From Fimicolochytrium jonesii (taxonomy: Eukaryota), in assembly GCF_025526975.1 (NCBI RefSeq), contig NW_026515696.1, forward strand, positions 1 to 64,000: DNA of 64,000 nucleotides, read 5' to 3'. This document shows positions 23,101 to 35,660 of the stretch, in pieces; the stretch's first letter is position 1, and every line of letters starts with the position of its first letter. The notes under the pieces are model-generated. The model saw only the letters and a program-made list of their open reading frames with translations. It was not told the origin of the DNA and did not search any database. The translations under genes and the position numbers were made by a program.

Positions 23101-23818
23101 CTTCCGGTGGGGGCACACAGACACCTTAACATGCCGAAACAACACCCAGGCCGTTGTTAACCCGAGTTTGTGCCTCAACGGAACTGATGTGCCGCTGAAT
23201 GTGTTGTGCAACACTGAACAGTGCCCTGACTATCCGATTACGGTAACAAGCCCGAATACAACCAGCAAGCTGCTCCCCGGCAAGACCTTCAACATTACCT
23301 GGCTGGGAGGCGATCCGTATTCAACTGTCTCCATTCAAATCCGCACCAGTGTCCTCGCCCCTTGGCAAATTGGAAGCTCGACCAACGGGTTGCCCGCAGG
23401 ACCCGTCCCGAATACAGGTTTCTGTGCTTGGACGGTTCCAGCCTCCCTTATTTCGGGCAAAAACTATCAGCTTGGGGTAATCTCCGGACGTAGTTCCACG
23501 AACGTTATTAGCCGACGCGATTCGACAAGCGATTCGCCAAACTACGGCATCAATCAGGGCTACTTCAGCGTCTGCGCACCGCGATCTAGCTCGGCCAAAT
23601 GCGTCGTATGCAACTCGGGGTGCGAGGGAGGTTGTACCGACTCATCTGCGAAGAGTTGTGTCGATTGCAAGAACATGAAATACGACGGGTTCTGCGTGGC
23701 GGAGTGTCCCGTGGGAACGCAGGCTGGTTCCAGCAAGAACTGCATCCCCATTGTCGAAAGCACTTCAGCCACGGCCAGCGCGGTCGCCAGGGCCAGCACG
23801 GTCAGCACAACCTCGTGA
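20163..23818 (+). pseudogene. Multi-exon extracellular-type protein with thrombospondin-1-like repeats, an Ig-like/Kre9-type domain and a furin-like Cys repeat; probably disrupted; 5' boundary uncertain
   Basis: CSKPCGGGT; WSSRSRPSGGGTQT (Cys lost, frameshift near 23125)...CNTEQCP; ITVTSPN...GKTFNITW; CNSGCEGGC...CVDC...CVAECP. Confidence 0.6.
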
Positions 23819-25177
23819 GCGCAACCACCTCGGCCAGCACAACAAATTTGGGTTTCACCCCAAGTGTTGCGACTTGTACTTTGCTGACGTCGCCGAGGAC
23901 TTGATAGTTGAGGAATCTCGTAAAACGAGCTGAGAGTGAGATTGGATTAACCCCGTTGTATTGTTTTGTAGTCAAACCCGCAGATATTCCCGATTTCGTA
24001 TTTTGTACCCGTACCCGTAATTCCCGACCCCGTATAAGAGGAAGGACTCCTTTCAAAGCACCTTGATATTAAGGTGGCAAGACTACGCTCGCGCTTGAGA
24101 TCTCTTCTTGTGCTATTGAGAGACCGGCAGCTTATTTTTCCCAACACCCGACCGTACCCCTCGATTTGACAGACGCTCACTTCTGCCGGCGTCCACCACA
24201 ACGTGACTTCCCTCCCGCTTACACCACGCTTCCGCAACCCTAACCCACCCTTTTTCTTCCACTTCAGACCTTGCGTCCTCTTTTGTAATCCAGACTTCAA
24301 TACATACTTCACAGTACTACATCTCACACGACATAGAGTTTGCTCAGTCATCTGCTTCCTCTGCCTACTACTGCTAAGTGTTCTTGCGAGCGTGCATAAG
24401 AAGTTTGAAATGTTCGGCTCGTTGGGTGTCTTGCGTACGAGCACGCTGCTCATTAACAAAAGCAGCTGCAACAGCCGCAATGATAGCTTGAGTCTGTCCA
24501 TCCGTACTTGCTGGTGAACGAGTGTAAGGGTGACGTTCGGTATAGGGGCGACGTTGACGAGGAATGTCTTGGTGATGCTAGCGGGAGGTGGTGGTACCAT
24601 GTAACGTCAGAGGAAACATAGACAATATTGGGCCCTTCCAAGAGGGCTGAGAGCAGTGTATTATAGTGAAGAACAAAGTAAGAAGCTTTTTGCAGCGGCC
24701 CCTTGACTGACAGCTTTAAAAATTGGCTGCCAGTGGGGCTTGCGTGGCTTCAGTGAGGCTTGGCGCCTTATGTAATGTATCACCGAAAGCTCGGGTGGCC
24801 AGCGCAAGTCTTGGATCAAGTAGAAGTACAGAGGTGTAATATGAAATCCAACTGAAGATGAGATATCCCCGACACCTCCCTCAGATCCTGAGGCGGGCGC
24901 CGAATAAATACGAGGTGAACTCCGAGGGATATGTGAAGAAAGGGAGAGCCCATGTTCATTTTGAAGTGTTGACGCACTGTGTGATGTATGTGTTTGAGGC
25001 AAAGGCATCCCGAAGCTGACGTCGTGTGTGGTATGTGTGTGTGTGTAAGGTCGGTTCTTGCGTCTCCGCGCATGATGTGATGTAGTTTCCATCACTATTG
25101 TCAGCGGTGTGATTGATAGTGAGCGGTTCTTGCGGCATCGCGTGTGTGATGTGATATGAGATGCTCTATGCTGTTCG

Positions 25178-25771
25178 TGTTATGGACGACGCGCCCATAC
25201 CATAAGCTTACCTCATGACAGCACACTGAGAGCCGCCAATGTCAAACGCCAATGTCAATGTCAGTGTCAATGTCAGGGTCAATGTCAGTGTCAATGTCAA
25301 TGTCAATGCCACTCCCCCTCTCTCCTCTCATTTCCCCAATCCTCCAGCAATATCGCCACCCCTCCTCTCTCCTCTCATTTTGCCAATCCTCCTGCAATAA
25401 TCGCCACTCCTCCTCTCTCCTCTCATTTCGCCAATCCCCCCACGGCTTCTCCACACCCCCCACTACTTCCCCATAGCCAGCAGCTGTAGCAATGCCCTCT
25501 ACGCTCGCCACGGCCACTCTAGGAGAATAGCTGGCGCCCCCCCCCCCAGTCCTCTCTTGTGGTTGTTGTTCTTTAATCTGCTGGGTTGTATATCTATAAA
25601 TAGCCGGCCTCTCTTCGTCCATTCCCTTCGTCCCCAGCAGATCAACACCAGTTCTTCTCATCTCTTGTTCTAGTCCTTGTCTCTTGTTTCGCCAATACAA
25701 TCTCTTGTCGTCCATCGCTCTCGCCTTGTCTTCTCTACTTCGCTTCCGCCTCCGTCATCGAGATCATAACA
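25178..25771 (+). repeat. 5' LTR
   Basis: TG...CA ends with a 7-bp inverted repeat; (AATGTC)n microsatellite; TATAAATA near 25595. Confidence 0.9.
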
Positions 25772-25839
25772 GTTTGATCTGCTCCAACACTGCGAAGTTC
25801 AGAGCCGTCCAGCCCTGCATCTGCCGCACCTCTCTCGCC

Positions 25840-28800
25840 ATGTCCCAATCCGAATCCGTGCCTTTCACCACCGAGCAATGGAATGATATGTGTCAAGCCA
25901 TTGCCGCCTTGCAAAGCCAAAACGCCAACTTGCAGGCCAACCTGGCGCAAGCCCAAGCCGACGCACAAGCTGCCCAGAACAGTGCTGCCCAGGTTCAAGC
26001 CGATGCGTACACCCGTCCTCAAGTCACCAACCCTGCTCCCGGAACTCTGGAGCCAAGAATCAGCTCGCCTGAGAAGTTTGATGGTACCCGCAGCAAATTC
26101 CGTGGGTGGTTGAACAACATCCGGTTGATGTTTGCTCTCCAGCCCGACCGCTACCCCAGCAACATCATCAAGATCCAAACGATCGGCACCTACCTCACCG
26201 GCACTGCGCAAGCCTGGATGGCGCCCCTAGTCGAACGCCAAGATCACAGCCTTCAGAACTTCGATAGTTTTATCGGTCAGATGCAATCCTTCTTCGGAGA
26301 CATCGACAGGGTCCGCACCTCCAAGAACAAGCTCCAGAACCTTCGCCAAACCCGTGCAGCCACCAAGTACGTCGCCGAGTTCCGCCAGCTACAATGCGAT
26401 GTCTCCTGGAATGACCAGGCGCTGATTGCTACCTTCCGCCGTGGCCTCAAAGAGGACGTCAAGGATCTGATGCTCACAATGCCTCCTGCTGCCACCATTG
26501 ATACGGTGATGGGACAGGCTATCCAGTGTGATAACCGACTGTTTGAGCGCCGCCTGGAACGAAACGGAACCCGCCAAACCTTCCCAGTTCCCCATACCTC
26601 GTTTACCACTACCACCACCGTCGACCACAGAGAGCCCATGCAGATTGACGCCGCTCGTCCCCGCGGCCCCCTAAGCCCCCAGGAACGCCAACGCCGCATT
26701 TCCGACAACCTCTGCCTTTACTGCGGTGGTGCGGGGCACATTGTAAAGGCCTGCCCAGCCAAGAACAAGACCACCACCCGTGCCGCCAACGTCGACATCA
26801 AAAAAACCTCCACAGAACAGGGTTTTCCCAAGGCCGCATTAAAGTCCCAGCGACTGGACAAGACACACTCCTCCGGGCCTCCTAACGTCGCAGCTTCTGC
26901 AACGGAAGAGGCCACCCCGCCGGTTCCCGACTCCGTTATAGCCGACACAACCCTCCTAGCCGCCGCCCATGTCGAAAACTCCGCAATTAACCCACGTGCC
27001 ATGCTTGCGCTGGGTCCCGTCGAACCCTTCAAATACCCCGTTACCATCATGGTATCATCCAGCCGCGCCCCAATACCTACCTCAGGCATGATTGACAATG
27101 GGGCCCTGTCCTGCTTCATCGACAGGGACTTTGCCCGCAAACACCGCATCCCCCTAGTCCCGCATCAGCATCCCCTGACGATCGAACTCGTTGACGGTCA
27201 ACCCAGCTCTGCTGGGCCAATCACCCATCACACCCAACCAGTAGGCATGTGGGTTGACGACCACTTCGAAGAACTTGTTTTCCATGTCACCAAATCACCT
27301 CACGCCCCAATCCTCCTTGGTCTTCCCTGGCTCCACCTCCAAGACATGAACCTTGACTTCAAGAATCTTTCGGTCGGTTTCCGTTGCGACTGTCAGTACC
27401 ATGAATTCGCGAATTGGGACTACTCCCCGGTACCCCCAAGCCCAGCACCTGCCAGAACCCACAAGCCCTTGATCCGCATCCCCCAGGATGAAGTCCCCGT
27501 CAACGAAACATGGTCGATTCCAGTACCCAAGGGATCATGCTCAAGCACCCCAGAACCGGCTCCCACGCCGCTCCGAGTCTTGATCATCTCCGCCCCAGCC
27601 TTCCGGCTCGCAGCAAGGCATGACCAGGTCTTTGTCGCGTACGCCAACCCTGCGAAACCCGAGCTCCCAGCCTCGCCTGGCCCCGGTAACCCCCCGACAC
27701 CCGAGAAACACATCAAAGACTTCCTGCCCCCCGAATATCAAGATTTTGCCGACGTTTTCAAAAAGAAAAATGCTGACACTCTCCCCGAGCACCGGCCCTA
27801 CGACTGTCCTATCGATCTGGAGGAAGGCAAACAGCCACCTTTCGGCCCGATCTACAGCCTCAGCGAACCAGAAATGAAAGCACTCTGCGAATACCTTGAA
27901 GAAAACCTCGCCAAAGGATTCATCAAACCTTCAAAGTCCCTTGCCGTTGCGCCAGTCTTTTTCGTTAAGAAAAAGTACGGTTCTCTCCGCCTCTGCGTCG
28001 ATTATCGGGGCCTGGACAGCATCATGGTGAAGAATCGCTACCCCCTGCCCCTGATCAACGGTATCATGGATCGTTTGCGTGGTGCCCGCTGCCTCACCAA
28101 GATCAATCTCCGCGGCGCTTATAACCTCTTACGCATGCGCCCAGGCGATGAGGGGAAGACCGCCTTCCGCTGCCGCTACGGCCTATTCGAATACAATGTC
28201 ATGCCCTTTGGACTCAGCAATGCTCCTGGTGTTTTCCAGTACCTGATAAACGACATCTTCCGCGACATTCTCGATGCGTTTGTTGTCGTCTACCTCGATG
28301 ATATCCTGATATTCTTCAAGAACCCCGAAGATCACACCGAGCACGTCCGCAAAGTCTTGTCCCGCCTCCGCCAGCATGGGCTGTACGCCAAACCCGAGAA
28401 GTGCGAATTCAACTGCAAATCCGTCGCGTTCCTAGGCTTCATCATCTCCAAGAGGGGCATCCAGATGGACCCCAAGAAGATCGCTGCCATCACGGATTGG
28501 GAGCCCCCCAAGAATGGCAAAGGGCTTGGCCAACTTCTATTGCCGATTCATCCAAGGTTACTCCAAGATTGCTACCCCGCTCACTACCCTGACCCGAAAA
28601 GACATCCCGTACGCCTGGACACCCGCCGCAAACACCGCCTTCGAAAACCTGAAGAAATCATTCACCACCGCCCCCATCCTTGCTCACCTGGACCCAGAGA
28701 AGCCCTTCGTCGTCGAAACTGACGCCTCCGACTTTGCCTCGGTGCAGTTCTCCTCCAACCTGACCAGGACAATCAGCTCCACCCCGTGGCCTTCCACTCT

Positions 28801-30711
28801 CGCAAATGCACGGCCGAAGAGATCAACTACTAGATCTACGACAAGGAGCTTCTGGCCATCCAAGACTCCTTTGCCCAGTGACAACACCATCTCATTGGCG
28901 CCCGTCACAAGATCACCGTTTACTCAGACCACAAAAACCTTCAGTACTTCATGACCACCCGCACCCTGAACCGCCGCCAAGCCCGATGGTCGATATTCTT
29001 CTCCGATTTCAACTTTGTCATTACCTATCGCCCTGGTTCCCAGCAGCACCAAGCTGATGGCCTCTCCCAACGCTCCGAACATGAACTGAGAGAGGGGGAA
29101 GAAGCGTTCCGCTCCCAGGCGACCACAATTTTGACTGGCCAAACGCCTGCAACTTGCCGCTGCCTACCTCACACCCATGGATACTTCGCTGCTTTACAAG
29201 ATTAAGCCCGCCCAGGCCTCTGATCCCCTCGCTAGGACCATCCGCAAAGAGCTCAAGATACCCAGCGCCCAACGGACCGAGGAAACCCAAGATTGTATCA
29301 AGCGATTCTCCGTGAAGATGGGATCCTGCTGCATGACAACCTTGTCTATGTCCCCACCAATGAGCTCCGAGCTGAAGTCTGCCATGACATGCACGATACA
29401 CCCCTAGCCGGCCACTTCGGGATGTCCAAGACGCTTGAACTCGCCTCCCGCAACTACTGGTGGCCCAACCAGTGGCACTTCGTCAAGGCCTACGTCAAGT
29501 CCTGCGATACCTGTAGCCAAGCGAAATCCAGTCGACACAAACTGTACGGCCTACTCCAGCCCAACAGTATCCCTACCCGCCCTTGGGGATCTTGGTCCCT
29601 GGACTTTATCACCGGTCTGCCTCCCGTGGATGGGTACAACTCCATCCTGAACGTCAATTGTCGCCTAACCAAGATGGCCCACTTCATCGCCTGCAGCGAG
29701 TCGGAATCCGCCGAGTCCACCGCCGACCTAGTCTTCCACAATATCATCCGTCTACACGGCCTCCCCGACGACATCATCTCTGACCGAGGACCCCAGTTCA
29801 AGTCCCGGTTCTGGCATCAACTTCTCGAACTCCTTGGGGCAAAAGCCAACCTCTTCTCTGCCTTCCACCCCCATAGCGACGGCCAGACGGAACGCACCAA
29901 CCAGATCCTGGAGCAGTATCTGCGATGCTTTTGCAACCACCAACAGGACAACTGGAAACAGCTTCTGTCGTCCGCCGAGTTTGCCTACAACAACACCCAC
30001 CAGTCCGCCTCCCAGACCACCCCCTTCTATGCCAACAAGGGTCTCCACCCCCGCTTCAGCTTCGCTGCCTCTGCTACCTCTGAATCTGTCAACCCCGCCG
30101 CTGAAGCCCGCGCTAAACAAATCAGGGAAGTCCATGAACCGCTTGCCCTTGAGCTCAAGGAAGCCCAAGATCAAATGAAGCGCTACGCCGATGCTAAGCG
30201 AATTCCTGCACCAGACTTCAAGCCTGGCAACCAAGTCTGGCTCCTCCGCAAAAATCTCCAGACGACCCGGCCCTCTCCAAAACTTGACAATCGCAAGATT
30301 GGGCCGTTCCCCATCGTTGAAAGGATCAATCCTGTTGCCTACCGTCTCAAACTCCCGGCTACCTACAAAATCCACGATGTCTTCCATGTTTCGCTCCTTG
30401 AACCCCGCTTCACCATCCCCGAACAACACCAACCCGAACCCACGCCTCCAGAGACTGTTGAGGGTCAAGAAGAGTGGGTTGTCAAAGCCATCCTTGACTC
30501 TCGCATCCATCGTCGGCGCCTTCAGTACTTGGGCAAATGGCAAGGCTGGCCTGACTCCGAGAACACCTGGGAGCCCGTGGAACACCTCACCCATACCGAT
30601 GCACTCCTCACGGACTTCCACAGCACGTACCCCAACAAGCCTTCCACTGTCCCCGTAGCACCTCCTCTGCGACCACACCAGACTCAACGCCGCCGCTGCC
30701 GCCACCCCTAA
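25840..30711 (+). pseudogene. gag-pol with frameshifts and stop codons
   Basis: Gag PEKFDG; CLYCGGAGHIVKAC knuckle; protease IDNGA; RT YLDD; RNase H ETDAS...DHKNL; integrase HHCC, SDRGPQF, GQTER; chromodomain YLGKWQGW..SENTWEP. Frameshifts near 28525, 28740 and 29140-29300; stops near 28830 and 28880. Confidence 0.93.
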
Positions 30712-30723
30712 AGGGAGGGGTGA

Positions 30724-31370
30724 TGTTATGGACGACGCGCCCATACCATAATCTTACCTACTGACAGCCGCCAATGTCAAACGCCAATGTCAAACGCCCA
30801 TGTGAAACGCCAATGTCAATGTCAATGTCGATGTCAATGTCAATGCCAATGTCAATGCCAATGTCAATGCCACTCCCCCTCTCTCCTCTCATTTCGCCAA
30901 TCCTCCCGCATAATGATCACTCCTCCTCTCTCCTCTCATTTCGCCAATCCTCCCGCAATATTGCCACTCCTCCTCTCACCTCTCATTTCGCCAATCCCCC
31001 ATTCGCCGCTCCTCCTCTACCCCGCTCATCTGTGAGCCAATCTCCGGCCATTTGTCAACCCCCCCAGTACTTCTCCACAGCCAGCAGCTGTAGCTTGCTC
31101 TCTACGCTCGCCACGCCCGCTCTAGGAGCACAGCTGGCGCCCCCCCTGTCCCCTCTTGTGGTTGTTGTTCTTTGATCTGCTGGGTTGTCTATCTATAAAT
31201 AGCCGGCCTCTCTTCGTCCATTCCCTTCCTCCCCAGCAGATCAACAACAGTTCTTCTCATCTCTTGTTCTAGTCCTTGTCTCTTGTTTTGCCAATACAAT
31301 CTCTTGTCGTCCATCGCTCTCGCCTTGTCTTCTCTACTTCGCTTCCGCCTCTGTCGTCGAGATCATAACA
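30724..31370 (+). repeat. 3' LTR, longer and diverged in U3
   Basis: Homologous to 25178-25771. Confidence 0.9.
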
Positions 31371-31629
31371 GTTTGATCTGCTCCAACACTGCGAAGTTCA
31401 GAACCCGTCAAGCCCTGCATCTGCCAACCCTTTTTCGCTCAATCCATCCTCCATCTCCGTTCCGTCTTCCGCACGTCCAACATTTCCCGACACCGGCTTC
31501 CCTGGCCTCCTTACCTCGCACCATTTGCAACGGCAGAAGGCAGCAACCACCTTCCGACGATCCGCAGTACTCTGTTTCCTTGCGCCACCTCACCACTCAG
31601 CAATTGCAACGGCGGGGGCCACTCTCCCA

Positions 31630-31808
31630 TGCTCTGTTTCCGCGAGGTTCCCACAAAGGAATGCTTGCCTCTCGCCTCGGCTCTTGCAGGGTTCCCAAAA
31701 GGGAATGCTCGCCTCCTGTCTCGGTTTCCGCGGGGTTCCCAAAGGAATGCTCGCCTCTCATGTCGGTTTCCGCGGGGTTCCCAGAGAGGGATGCTTGCCT
31801 CTCGCGGT
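31630..31808 (+). repeat. Minisatellite, about four ~44-bp units
   Basis: Core TCGGTTTCCGCGGGGTTCCCAAAGGAATGCTCGCCTC. Confidence 0.85.
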
Positions 31809-31999
31809 CCCGCTAGCAAATCCTGCTAGCAACTTCAACCGCGTTCCTCTTCCGCTGGATCGCGGGAGTGTTGTTGTACGTTTTCTGCTGCATTTCACAA
31901 TAACAAAATAAATGCATGAGTCGATGGTGTGATGCTCGGTTTAACAACTGGACAAAAAGAAAGACAAGATCCTCGGCACTATGGGAGCCTCGGCATCAC

Positions 32000-33894
32000 T
32001 AGAATTTTTACACTCACGGGAGTCTTCCAACTCACCGAACATTGTGACGCATAGCAGATGCCGTCAACTCTTGCAGACGGACGTGATCCTCATTGGCAAC
32101 TGATTCCATAAACGTCGTGAAGGAATGACGCAAAGCATTGCTGGAAATGTTCAAAAGACCGATGTGTTTCTGAACACTGTTTCCAAGGTACGTTTCCAAT
32201 CTCCCGCGTTTTCGAAAGCATCACCGATCTTTCTGCAAAAGAGGAATCCATACATCTTGCCTTTGGTCAGCAAAACACGGACTTCGGGCTTCAGAAGGTA
32301 GGTCAGGTACTTGATAATCAAGTTGTCATCGTTTGGAAGTTCCATGGTGTCTCTGGACCCGTTGTACATCCGATTCTTGTAGTCGCTGACGACAATTGCA
32401 TGGCGTCCTTGAATGAGGGCGATATGATTCCTCAACGACATTCGGCTTTCTTTTTCTGTAAGGATGCGATCCGGAAGAGGCCAAATTTTTTTGCTTCCTG
32501 ACGGCGGAATCACTGCGTAAAAAGGGAGCCCAAGATACTTTTGCACTTCTTCTGCAAGGATTCCTAAAGTTTTTTTCGCCTTGCCAGAGATCGTCCACAA
32601 TTCTTCTCTGACAATGTACAGCCTCCAGAAACTAAGCATGAAAAGGAATACGGTGAAAGACAACGAGTTAGCAATCTTGGAAATATGCCATAAGCTCAAT
32701 CAGGTGGTCAGAAGATGCTTAGAGAATTGGCTTACCTGTTCCCATAAGATAGTGGTCCCGGTCTCTTCAGCGGAACCTTGTCGCTCCCGCTCCGCCAACG
32801 CTTGTTCCTTGTTCCTTTGATTCTGCAAGCGCGCGATGCTAAGAGACTTTCCACGGCGGTTAACGGACGATTCCGATTCCAGAAAATCCAGATACTTGTG
32901 TACATCGATGGCTGCCGTGATGGCGTTGGCTACAGAACCTTGTGCAAGCCCTCTGATCCCCACGGGATAGCCGTCCACGTATTTGTCCTGCATATGACAA
33001 AAAGGAGGAATTGAGTATTGATTCACAACCAGAGGACGTGAAAAGGGGATGAACCGGTATCCCAAAAACAGACAGGATATCGCGCATTGAAACATCGAAA
33101 TCCTGATAAAACCGGAAGGCGCCACTCACCAAGAAGAGATCGAGATCTTTGAAATCTTCGAACAATGGTCGATTCTTACGCCCGCTCTCTTTGAGCCATC
33201 CAAGATACCCGCAAATTTGTTTGCGAGATTTGGCGATTGTTTGGGCATTTCTTGCTTGACCACTTCCACGGAACAATCCGCGAGGGGTGCTGAAGAATTC
33301 CCTCAATCCCTGAAATTCCGCATGGTTCAACTTTGTCATGTCAAAATCTTGAAGTGTGTAACTGGTTGTACAAAACGTCAACAAAGTCAGCATGAAATGC
33401 GGTAGAAATTGTTCATTTCATGCTGCGTCTGCAAGAAAGACCAAAGAAAATAAAGTGTTCACCACCTTTTGAATTGTATGATGGATTCATCCCCATTCCG
33501 GAGATCCACTTCATCGACATCTGGCATTCGTTCTCTAATATTCACGTTCTCGTTTCTTCTTCCATCCTCCCTGTCGCTGTTGCAATCGGCATTGTCATGA
33601 CTGTCAGGACCCGCATCGTCCTCGACACAATCGTAAATGTCTACATCCTCCGGAAAACAAGGAAACCCATGTCTGCATGCAGGAGAGCCGCAAGATGTGG
33701 GAGTTTCACCTTGGAGATTGGCTGACATGGCGCGAGAAGATGCGGTTGTTGCATTGCGAAGATCTTCATTCGGATCCTCATCCAGATCGCCAACAAGGTC
33801 GCCTTCCACTCCAAAAGGCGTTACATCAAACTCGTTGCGAGAGATGGAAGGTGAAGTGGGGTGGAGTTTTTGAAGATGGATGTTTGAGGGGCAT
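32000..33894 (-). pseudogene. Tyrosine recombinase with an apparent intron, disrupted
   Basis: FYAVIPPSG (Arg site decayed), VVSDYKN...NG, FLFCRK.G, then after a stop NALRHSFTTF and after a frameshift TASAMRHNV. GT-AG intron at ~33128-32988. Confidence 0.7.
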
Positions 33895-33933
33895 TCTCTA
33901 TGGTAAATGAGATAGATCATCGTTTAACCGAAG

Positions 33934-33957
33934 CCCTAACCCTAACCCACCTAACCC
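33934..33957 (+). repeat. Short degenerate telomeric tract
   Basis: CCCTAACCCTAACCCACCTAACCC. Confidence 0.75.
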
Positions 33958-33989
33958 ACCACCACTGGCTTTGTCTTCACTCAAACGCA

Positions 33990-35426
33990 AAACATAGGTA
34001 TGTTCGTCGTCACCGGGTTAGTCTTTCCAGGATATTGCTGACTAAAACAATCAAAGCAAGCTTGTCAATCAAAGCAGCCTGGTTTCCACAGTCCCATGAC
34101 CATGCGCTCCCATTCAATCTCCGAACTTCACCTTGGGGAAATACCACACTCCTTCCATATCCATTGCAATCCTAACCACCTCATAGTTGAAGTTGACTCC
34201 GTAAAACTCCAACAGCTTGATCAGCAGCACTCCAAGGTTACCTTTTGCCTGTATTCGTCCCGTCTGCAGTCTCGGATGCATCTGCGTAATTCCAACATGA
34301 CACATCAGCTTCTCCCTTCCGCACCCTCGCCGACATCTGAATCACTGGCCCATACCCTCATAAATGCCGCAATGATGCTCATCAGCGTGTAACCTCCTAT
34401 CCCACTGGTAAAAATCTCATTCCGGTTCCGTTGCAACTGGACCTGCTTCATGATCAGCAGCAGCACCCGTAATCCTTCGCCGCACCGCGGATCGTTCAGG
34501 AAGGTTTTGACGATCTCAGTGGCGTGCATGCCGGCGGCAACGTTGACGCTGATGTTGGCAGGGTAGCCTGTTATGGACTTCATCATCTTGATGATGGGGA
34601 CCTCGGGGGGTGTGGGGTTGCGCAATTGTCGCGCATTTTGGGTGGAAAAGGGGGTTACGGGGGTAAGCAAACTCCTGCCTTGGTACCTTGGCGCCTGTTA
34701 TGCATTCCATCCTTGATGCAATTCCTGCTTTTCGGATGGCCTCCTTTACTTGCCGTATTGGTGGGAGATGCATTGTCTGATCTAATATCACCACGTCCAC
34801 ATCACTGCGCGCGGGTGTAAGATGTATTGGCTTGGATCAACATCTTTGTTCATACACATGCAGGGTCCCCCGCTGTGACGGGGGCCTGCAAGAAGGGAAT
34901 TCACCCGTACCTAGAAGGTAAATACAGTTTGGTCTCGAAACTCCCAAAAATGCGCACATCAGCCTTTGGCCGTACAGTATGTACCACACTCGTAATGCGG
35001 TCGATTGTTGGCCTTCACATAGCATGCCCAGCTTCGGTGGGGATCAAGTACGAGATATAATCATCAATCTCCTCATGCAGCATCTTCAACAAGTTCCTTG
35101 AATATTTCCTGTCTTTTGGTTGCCAAGGTGGGATGGGTAACGGCGTCAACACCTCGAGGCTGTTTATCTCTGGTTTCCTCAATCGCGGCTTGGAATGGAC
35201 GTTGCCCGGGTCGTTGTGGGGGCCTCGGCGGTTGGCGGGACCGCCTGTTTTGCCCCGGGTGGTGGTATTGTATTGCTGTCGGGGGGGCGCGCGATCTTGA
35301 ACCTGTGCCGGTGCCGTGGGCTGCTACAGAGGAGGTTGGGACTGGCCCGTCACACTGATCTATGAGCTCTTCGTCCATGTCGAAAGCGATGAAGTCGTCT
35401 TGTTTGGCTGCTTCGTCATCCCCCAT
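33990..35426 (-). pseudogene. TRF4: Non-canonical poly(A) polymerase (Trf4/Pap2 family), truncated pseudogene
   Basis: DDFIAF; LHEEI; in-frame TGA near 35016; FGSFETKLYLPS/SDVDVV; AKVPIIK; NEIFTSGIGGY; NLGVLLIKLLEFYG.NFNY. The third catalytic Asp reads Asn and the C-terminus is missing. Confidence 0.8.
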
Positions 35427-35660
35427 GGTGAATATCGACAGTCTCAGTGGGATGAGTGTGGAGGCTTCAAAAGGAATATGGCCGTTGGCGTGCGTGCATA
35501 TGTATGAGCTGTCGCTAGGACTGTATGTACATACTGCTGGGGGGCAATGCGGTTGCCGATGCTGCTGCTGTGCCCCTGAGTTACTTTTCCGGTAGTTCTG
35601 GGGGGTTTAATCACCCGTCTTGAAGCCTCCCGTCGGACGTCGCCCAAACGCAATAGAAAG

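Larger units (their letters stand above)
25178..31370 (+). mobile_element. Ty3/Gypsy chromovirus LTR retrotransposon, degenerate
   Basis: LTRs TGTTATG...CATAACA at 25178-25771 and 30724-31370; polypurine tract AAAGGGAGGGG before the 3' LTR; domain order gag-PR-RT-RH-IN-chromo. Confidence 0.97.

Noticed and set aside
23947..24600. 217-aa minus-strand ORF and a lone AACCCTAACCC at ~24236
   Set aside because: No recognisable domain, and the telomere-like match is too short to call a scar.
25242..25715. ORFs with MSMSMS or DIDIDI repeats
   Set aside because: Translations of the LTR (AATGTC)n microsatellite.
29752..30744. 330-aa minus-strand ORF
   Set aside because: Antisense shadow of the integrase coding region.
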